DNA of 13,919 nucleotides from Azolla caroliniana (Eukaryota > Plantae > Polypodiophyta). Numbering within the stretch: position 1 is the first letter of the stretch; each line of letters starts with the position of its first letter. The notes beneath the pieces are model-generated. The model worked only from the letters and a program-made list of their open reading frames with translations, did no database searches and had not been told where the DNA came from. Location of the stretch: positions 1 through 13,919 of the forward strand of contig JBHGNT010000915.1 of NCBI GenBank assembly GCA_043228905.1, in the 5' to 3' direction. This document shows positions 7,668 through 13,919 of the stretch, one piece after another. A program made the position numbers and the translations under genes.

Positions 7668-7755
7668 ATGAAGACCCGGTTCCGGAGCCGGATGACGAAG
7701 ACCCCGGCTACGGAGCCGGATGATGAAGACCCCGGCTACGGAGCCGGATGACGAA
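7668..7755 (+). repeat. About three copies of a 28-bp U3 tandem repeat (CGGAGCCGGATGAYGAAGACCCCGGCTA)
   Basis: Units start at 7683, 7711 and 7739 (partial), with a degenerate partial unit from about 7668. Confidence 0.9.
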
Positions 7756-7854
7756 TGTACCCGGAGAGAGATCCGGATGCGGGGACATATTTGTGAATAT
7801 GTTTGCCAAGGGCCCTTGAGGCTATATTTGTAAATATCCCGAAAGTCATATGTG

Positions 7855-7861
7855 TATAAAT
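7855..7861 (+). promoter_or_regulatory. TATA box of the Copia LTR
   Basis: TATAAAT downstream of the U3 repeats and upstream of the (GA)n/R region. Confidence 0.65.
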
Positions 7862-8221
7862 ATGACTTAGGGCAAACAATTTTATGTTGTTGCTCATTTT
7901 TCTGTTTTCCACTTAGAGGGAGCGAAGTGAGAGCAGCCGAGAGAGAGAGAGAAAGGAAGAGGTCGACGCCTCTGTGTAATACCGCCGCCTGTGGCGAAGA
8001 CAGTGAGCTCAAGGTTGTTGCCTTGTAGCTTCACCATTGTACACCTCTGTTTATAGTGATAGTTGGAGTTTGAGGACTCCCGTGGTTTTTCCCATTTAGG
8101 GTTTTCCACGTAAAATATCCTGTGTACTCTTCTCTCTATTGTCTTCGTGCATTTTGTATTTCCCGTTTTCTGAGAGTTGATCCTATTCCTCGGTTGTGGC
8201 CGAGCGCGGTTTTCAACAAAG

Positions 8222-8233
8222 TGGTATCAGAGC
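8222..8233 (+). other. Primer binding site complementary to the 3' end of initiator tRNA-Met
   Basis: TGGTATCAGAGC, the canonical plant Copia PBS, 3 nt after the LTR-terminal CAACA. Confidence 0.95.
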
Positions 8234-8249
8234 AACGGTAACACAGAAA

Positions 8250-11200
8250 ATGGAAGGCGGCGGTAGTGGGCCTCCGGGCATGATGGTGTTGAACTCACAG
8301 AACTACGCCGACTGGAAGATAAAGATGGAAGACCTTCTCATCGTCCGAGACCTGTACGAACCGATCGACAATGCCGAGATACCCAAGGGGGTAATAGAGT
8401 TGGAGTGGAAGCTCCTGAACCGGAAAGCCGTAGTGACGATCCGGCAATATGTCGATGTAAGTGTCCTGCAACATGTGGCGAACGATACGAACGCCTATGA
8501 GATGTGGCAGAAGCTGTCCGGACTGTATGAGAGGAAGAATGCTCTGACCCGGACCTCCCTGATGAGGAAAATAGTGAATCTTAAGTACCGGGACGGCGAG
8601 AGCATGGTCGAACACGTCAGCACGTTCATGGGATTCGTGAACCAGCTTGCGGCGATCAAGTTCCCGTTGGATGACGCAATGCAAGCCATCATGCTGATGT
8701 GTACCCTTCCGGAGAGCTGGGAGAACTTGGTAGTTACTCTCAGCACCTCCTGTAAGGAAGAGAACTTGTCTTTACTAACGGTAAAGACAAGTATTCTAAA
8801 TGAAGAAGCGTGTCGGAGAGATAAAGAACCGGCCTCCGACTCGAAAGCGCTGCTTACCGAATCGGAACGGGGAAGACAACGGTACCGGAGTCCGCAAAGA
8901 CGGGAGAAGTCGGGGACACGGTCGCAGTCGAGGGGAAGACCTACATGCTTCTACTGTGGGAAGCCGGGGCACTTCCAGAAGAACTGTCGGCATTTCCGGA
9001 AAGACAACGGAACCGACGGTACCGATTCGAAGAAGTCAACGGAGCGAAACGGTGCATACCGGGAAGCCACGGACCGGAGAGGTCCGGATCGGCGAGGGCA
9101 GGACCGGAAAGGAACGACGGCACTCGCGGCAAGTGAAGAAGAGATAATGCTCATTACCGAAGAGAGGGAGCTGAACCTTGCCGGTGAAGAGATGACCTGG
9201 GTGGTCGATTCCGGAGCGTCGTTCCACCTGACCCCGGAGAAGAAATACTTCTCATCCTACATAGCCGGTGAGCACGGCTGTGTCCGGATGGGAAATGAAG
9301 GTACATGCCGGATTGCCGGCATAGGAGACGTGTGGCTGATGACATCAACCGGATGCAAGATGCTGCTGAAGGATGTCCGACACGTTCCGGAGGTTCGATT
9401 AAACCTGATTTCGGCCGGGAGGCTAGACGATGAAGGCTACACGGGTAGCATCCGGAACGGCGTCATGAAGTTCAGCAAAGGGAGCCTGATAGTGGCTCGG
9501 GCCCGGAAGGTCAACACACTGTACCTGATGAATTCCCGGCTATGTCCGGAAGAGCTGAACGTGGCAGCTGACACTGCCGGTGAGCTGTGGCACAAGAGAC
9601 TGTGCCACATGAGCGAGAAGGGGATGAAGAGGCTTGCAGAAGAAAACCTTATTCCAGTGAAGCATGTGCACCTGGAGAAGTGCACCGATTGCCTGGCTGG
9701 TAAGCAGAACCGAACCTCCTTCCACTCAAGGCCACCGATGAGACGTAGCGCACCATTGGAGTTGGTGCACACTGACGTGTGTCAAGTAGAAACGAAGTCA
9801 CATGGCGGAGCCCAGTACTTCGTGACATTCATTGATGACCACAGCCGGAAGCTGTGGACGGCACCGTTGAAGACAAAGGACCAAGTGTTGTGCGTCTTCA
9901 AAGAACTCCACGCGAGAGTGGAAAGGGAATCCGGCAAGAAGCTGAAAGCGATACGAGCGGATAACGGAGGGGAATACCGGGGGCAGTTCAAGGAGTACTG
10001 TCGCTCGAAGGGAATCCGGCTCGAGTTTACTGTGCCGAAGACGCCGGAACTGAACGGGCTGGCCGAGAGGATGAACTGGACCATAATGGAGAGGGTCCGG
10101 AGTATGCTGGCGCATGCGAAATTACCCAAGGGGTTTTGGGCTGAGGCAATGTCGACGGCGACATACGTGATAAACAGATCACCCTCAGTACCTTTGGACG
10201 GAGACACGCCGCAGAGAGTGTGGACCGGTAGGGAAGTATCCTACCGGCATCTGAAGGTTTTCGGGTGTCTCGCATATGTGCATGTGGCAAAGGACCGGAG
10301 AGGAAAGCTAGATCCAAAGACCCGACCATGCATATTCCTCGGTTACGGCGATGACGAGTTCGGCTACCGAGTATGGGACCCGGTCGACAAAAAGATATTC
10401 CGGAGTCGTGATATCATCTTCATGGAGGACAAGACACTCGCCGACTGGGAGTCGGAGAAGAAGATGAAGAGCTCCAAGTCGACCGGTAAGGATCAACTCT
10501 ACGAGGAGCAGTCCCGACCGGCAAGGGACCGGTTAGCACTCGAGGATCCGGCCGAAGACGGTGAAGAAACAGAACCGGCCGAGGAAGATGAAACTGATAC
10601 CGGAACCAGCCCCGATCCCGAAATGGATTCGGATGAAGAGGAAACGGAGGAGCCGGTTACCGAAGCTCCGGAACGGAGATATCCTCTAAGAGAGAGAAGG
10701 GCCCCCCGGAGATTTCCGGAACCAGAGCACGTGCTGCTAACCGACGAGGGGGAGCCGGAGAGTTTTGAAGAAGCAAAGCTTGACACCCATAGCCGCAGGT
10801 GGTTAAGTGCCATGCAGGAGGAGATGGATTCCCTGCATGAGAACCACACATATGAACTTGTGGAGTTGCCGAAAGGAAAGCGGGCACTTCGAAACAAGTG
10901 GGTGTTCAAGCTGAAACCGGGAGATGCCGGAAACCCCCCGAGATACAAAGCCAGGATCGTGGTGAAGGGGTTCCAGCAGAAGAAGGGCGTCGACTTCGAC
11001 GAGATATTTGCCCCGGTAGTGAAGATGACCTCCATCCGGACGGTGCTGAGCATAGCGGCAAGCATGGACCTCGAGGTAGAACAGATGGACGTGAAGACGG
11101 CATTCCTTCACGGTGACCTCGAAGAAGAGATCTACATGCAACAACCGGAAGGATTCGAGAAGAAAGGGAAGGAGCACCTGGTATGCCGGTTGAAGAAGAG

Positions 11201-11424
11201 CCTTTACGGACTGAAGCAGGCTCCCCCGGCAATGGTACCGGAAGTTCGACTCTTTCATGACCGACGAAGGGTACCACAAAACGCAGTCCGATCACTGCGT
11301 GTTTGTGAAGAAGTTCGAAGGAGGAGACTTTCTAATACTCCTCCTGTACGTGGACGACATGTTGATCGTCTGACGGGACCAGGTCAAGATACGGATGCTG
11401 AAGAAAGCACTTCACCGAACCTTC
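8250..11424 (+). pseudogene. Copia Gag-Pol polyprotein (Gag, CCHC, PR, IN, partial RT), disrupted
   Basis: Likely ATG at 8250 just after the PBS. Motifs: CFYCGKPGHFQKNC (8946), WVVDSGASFH, LWHKRLCH..CTDC, HTD/ADNGGEY/GLAERMN, QMDVKTAFLHG, SLYGLKQAP. An extra C in the C5 run at 11223-11227 shifts the frame. The +1 frame continues RQWYRKFDSFM...LLLYVDDMLIV, hits TGA at 11371, and homology ends at KKALHRTF (11424). Confidence 0.93.
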
Positions 11425-11756
11425 TCTCATTGCACCTACTCATTGACAGAGAGGGAGAGAGAGAGAGTGAGATACAGAATGGTTTTTGTTGTAACCGCCG
11501 CTTGGCGAAGAAACAAAGCTCGAGGTCATTGCCTCCGAGTCTTTGATTGTACCTTTCTCATATAGTGATAGTTCGGAGCCTATGGGCTCCCGTGATTTTT
11601 CACTATTAGGGTTTTCTACGTAAACATCATGTGTACCCTCTATTGTTCGTGTGTGTACGAGTATTTGTCTCTATTCCCATTTCTGTGTTTGATTCTCAAC
11701 GAAGTGATTCAAGACTTGGTTGGGGCTAAGCAATATTCCGTGTTTTTTCCCCTTCA
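11425..11756 (+). repeat. Partial (R/U5 half) Copia LTR, related to but clearly diverged from 7615-8218
   Basis: Blocks colinear with 7930-8170: (GA)n, ACCGCCGC..TGGCGAAGA, ATTGTAC, TATAGTGATAGTT, CTCCCGTG, TTAGGGTTTTC, ACGTAAA, TGTGTAC. Probable end ...CCCCTTCA at 11756 (uncertain). Confidence 0.75.
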
Positions 11757-12753
11757 GATTAATGTATTTTCCATTGTTTTTAACTCTTAGACAATAGCCA
11801 TCGAAGAGATTCAACAAAATAATGATACAAATGATTAATATTTACTTGTAAAATGGCGTCCAAACCTGTAAACACCAATCAATCCACGATTCCTCTTCTG
11901 TTTGTAAAGGTTTAAAAGGACCTTCCATCAATACAATATTTTGTAGCTCTCTCTCTTTCTCTAACTTTGACCTTATAGCACCATCCTTTCTTCTAACACC
12001 AAACAATAGAACTATATTCTACACTAGTTCTTCATGACAAAGATCTAGATGATGAACTAATCGTGGCTTTGAATCCAAAAAATATGTTGCTTCTTGTGGG
12101 ATGGGATGTATGTTGATATGGGCCAAGTACGATGATCTGAAAGAATTGGAGTTCACCAAGAGTGTGTCGCAATCGAAAAACCAATTCACTCTCTTCATGA
12201 TATACCTAGGCTCGACCACCAAAACCGTGCCTAAAGAAAGATAATTGGTTCCATGGTTTCTTCTCCTAATTTTAGAGGGCGGTCTTTGTATAAGCTCGAT
12301 GGTAATTGTAGGATGAGACATGTCTTTTCCTCATTAGACATTCATACTTTTAATTGAAGTCCATGTGTAGGGAAACATCAAGAAGAATACTAGTGGAATC
12401 ACGTAGACGTCCAATGTAATGAGTTGGGAAGTCTCTCAAAATCATCATGCTATACTACACAAGAGGACGATCCCAACAACCATCCATGCAACCTAGTGGT
12501 AGGACCAATCAATAATTACACACAACAGCCTATAACAAAAGCCACCTCGCCATCAATTTCAAGCAAAGAAGCCAAGGCCTTCATCTAGGGTACAACTATA
12601 TCACAAAATGCACCACCAAGTGATCATAAAATAAATTTCTCGTGTGCTCTTGACACTAGCTAATACACACATGTGATAGGATGCAAAACCCTACACCTTT
12701 CCTCCCACAGATCAATAAACTAAACCGGACTTACTTTAAATTTTATATTTTGG

Positions 12754-13917
12754 TTATTGTTTTATCCCTTTTAAGGACAGGGTACGACAGGCAAGAAAGC
12801 CAAGTGCAAGCCCAACAGGGTAGGCCATCAGAAGTGCCCATGGAGATACAAGCTCATTGAACCAAATCACGATCAATTGCTGTGTTTGCCTGGCTGTGCT
12901 GCCCACATGACTACTAGTAGTAGTCACATTGTTGTTGCTTGTGTTGCAGGGGAGAAGAGGGTAGCCACAGAGCCCCGGGTTGTTCTCAAAGCTGGCAGAC
13001 GTGAACCTGGTGTCGAAGCTGTTCTGTGTGGGAATGGCTCCTTCCAGTTGGTTGTGGGCGAGGTTTAGAGTACCGACGTTTGGAGCCGTGAGATCTTGTG
13101 GGATGCCACCTCTGAGCTGGTTGTAGGACAGGTCCAACACATCCAACTGCAGCAATCTCCCGAATGTACCCGCAGGTATTGTGCCGCTGATGCGGTTGTG
13201 GGACAGGTTGGCTACTGTCAGCCCTTGCAACTCCCCGAAGCTCTCTGGGATTTCCCCTTCCAGATAGTTCATGGACACATCGATGTAGATCCGCCCACCC
13301 TGAACATAGTCAAGAATGTGGACAGTGTTCTTCAGCATGATAGGCAACTCTTCGTAGAGCGTTGTCTGGTTACCGTCTGTGGTTTGATTGAGCTTGAAGT
13401 AGAAGAGATGTGTGAGAGTCGCAGGGAAGCGGCCGCGGAAGCGATTGTTGGAGAGGTCCAGTACCTGCAGACTGGGAAGCTTCCAAACCCAACCAGGGAT
13501 GTCTCCGCTGAGCTGGTTGTAGCTCACAGAGAGCACCCTGAGCTTGGATAAACCAGTGATGTGAGGAGTAGCAGTATTGCCTAAGGATCCTGTGAGATAT
13601 TTGTTCCTCTGCACATCAAAGATGACCAGTGCCTTACTCTCTGTTAGGCCAGCAGGTAGGCCCCCTTCCAAAGCATTTCCATAGACATTAAAAGTCTCGA
13701 GATTCGGCAACTTGGATAGATCCAAGTTCTCTATCTTCCCAGTCAAATTGTTTTGAAACAGACGTAAAGCTTGAAGGGCTGTCAGATTATGTAAAGCGTC
13801 AACAGGGACGATCCCTTCCAGGCTTGTGTAAGAGAGACGCAGAGTCTGCAGAGATGTGCAGGTGCCAATAGAAGCAGGAATGTGGCCACTGAGATTTATG
13901 CCATGTATATATATGTC
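12754..13917 (-). CDS. Leucine-rich repeat receptor-like protein (LRR-RLP), C-terminal part; 5'-partial
   Basis: Plant extracellular LRRs (LxxLDLSxNxLxGxIP), an island domain (about 13401-13294) followed by four LRRs, C-cap SFENNPGLCGYPLLPC, TM helix PWALLMAYPVGLALGFLAC, 10-aa basic tail and stop. Manual translation shows the frame stays open with further LRRs (NLSGHIPASIGTCTSLQTLRLSY...) up to the window edge. Confidence 0.92.
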   Translation of the reverse strand, partial: DIYIHGINLSGHIPASIGTCTSLQTLRLSYTSLEGIVPVDALHNLTALQALRLFQNNLTGKIENLDLSKLPNLETFNVYGNALEGGLPAGLTESKALVIFDVQRNKYLTGSLGNTATPHITGLSKLRVLSVSYNQLSGDIPGWVWKLPSLQVLDLSNNRFRGRFPATLTHLFYFKLNQTTDGNQTTLYEELPIMLKNTVHILDYVQGGRIYIDVSMNYLEGEIPESFGELQGLTVANLSHNRISGTIPAGTFGRLLQLDVLDLSYNQLRGGIPQDLTAPNVGTLNLAHNQLEGAIPTQNSFDTRFTSASFENNPGLCGYPLLPCNTSNNNVTTTSSHVGSTARQTQQLIVIWFNELVSPWALLMAYPVGLALGFLACRTLSLKGIKQ

Positions 13918-13919
13918 TT

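Larger units (their letters stand above)
7615..8218 (+). repeat. 5' LTR of the Copia element (604 bp)
   Basis: TGTTG...CAACA termini, PBS 3 nt downstream, internal TATA box, and an AT-rich to GC-rich switch at 7615. The left flank is TTATT. Confidence 0.9.
7615..11424 (+). mobile_element. Ty1/Copia LTR retrotransposon (Tnt1/Tork-like), 3'-truncated within RT
   Basis: 5' LTR, tRNA-iMet PBS and Gag-PR-IN-RT order are present. RT C-terminus, RNase H, PPT and a matching 3' LTR are absent. Confidence 0.95.

Noticed and set aside
7668-7755. CRISPR-like array
   Set aside because: Head-to-tail repeats without unique spacers, inside a eukaryotic LTR, with no cas genes.
8196-8249. GTG start at 8196 for the Copia polyprotein
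   Set aside because: It lies within the LTR and spans the PBS. ATG at 8250 is the plausible start.
11223-11546. Programmed frameshift or novel C-terminal domain in the Copia ORF
   Set aside because: A single extra C within the conserved LKQAPRQW motif, plus a downstream TGA and truncation, indicates decay or a homopolymer sequencing error. The ORF tail is out-of-frame RT and LTR sequence.
12019-12321. 100-aa ORF downstream of the RLP as a kinase exon or small gene
   Set aside because: No kinase or other motif is recognisable. The region is AT-rich intergenic or degenerate repeat sequence that I cannot assign.

Overview
Plant genomic DNA, probably from a non-seed plant such as a fern (inference), made up of a nested LTR-retrotransposon cluster next to a host gene. 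(1) 1-6009, + strand: a GC-rich Ty3/Gypsy element whose 5' end lies outside the window. Its Gag-protease ORF ends at a G_GAU_UUU slippery site followed by a predicted pseudoknot. An intact RT-RNaseH-integrase ORF follows in the -1 frame, then a PPT and a 3' LTR whose last 117 bp are perfectly duplicated. (2) 6010-6432, - strand: a Ty1/Copia RT remnant into which the Gypsy element inserted. (3) About 6433-7614: an AT-rich, low-complexity spacer with a tRNA-like A/B-box element (candidate SINE). (4) 7615-11424, + strand: a Tnt1-like Copia element with 5' LTR, tRNA-iMet PBS and Gag-PR-IN-RT. It is frameshifted, truncated inside RT and fused to the 3' half of a related but diverged LTR (to about 11756). 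(5) 12754 to the window end, - strand: the C-terminal part of an LRR receptor-like protein with no kinase. The most interesting signals are the post-protease -1 frameshift cassette and fungal-like protein signatures of the Gypsy element, covarying hairpins shared by the two Copia LTRs, and strong CCGG enrichment in the Copia coding sequence. All counts and pairings were done by eye.
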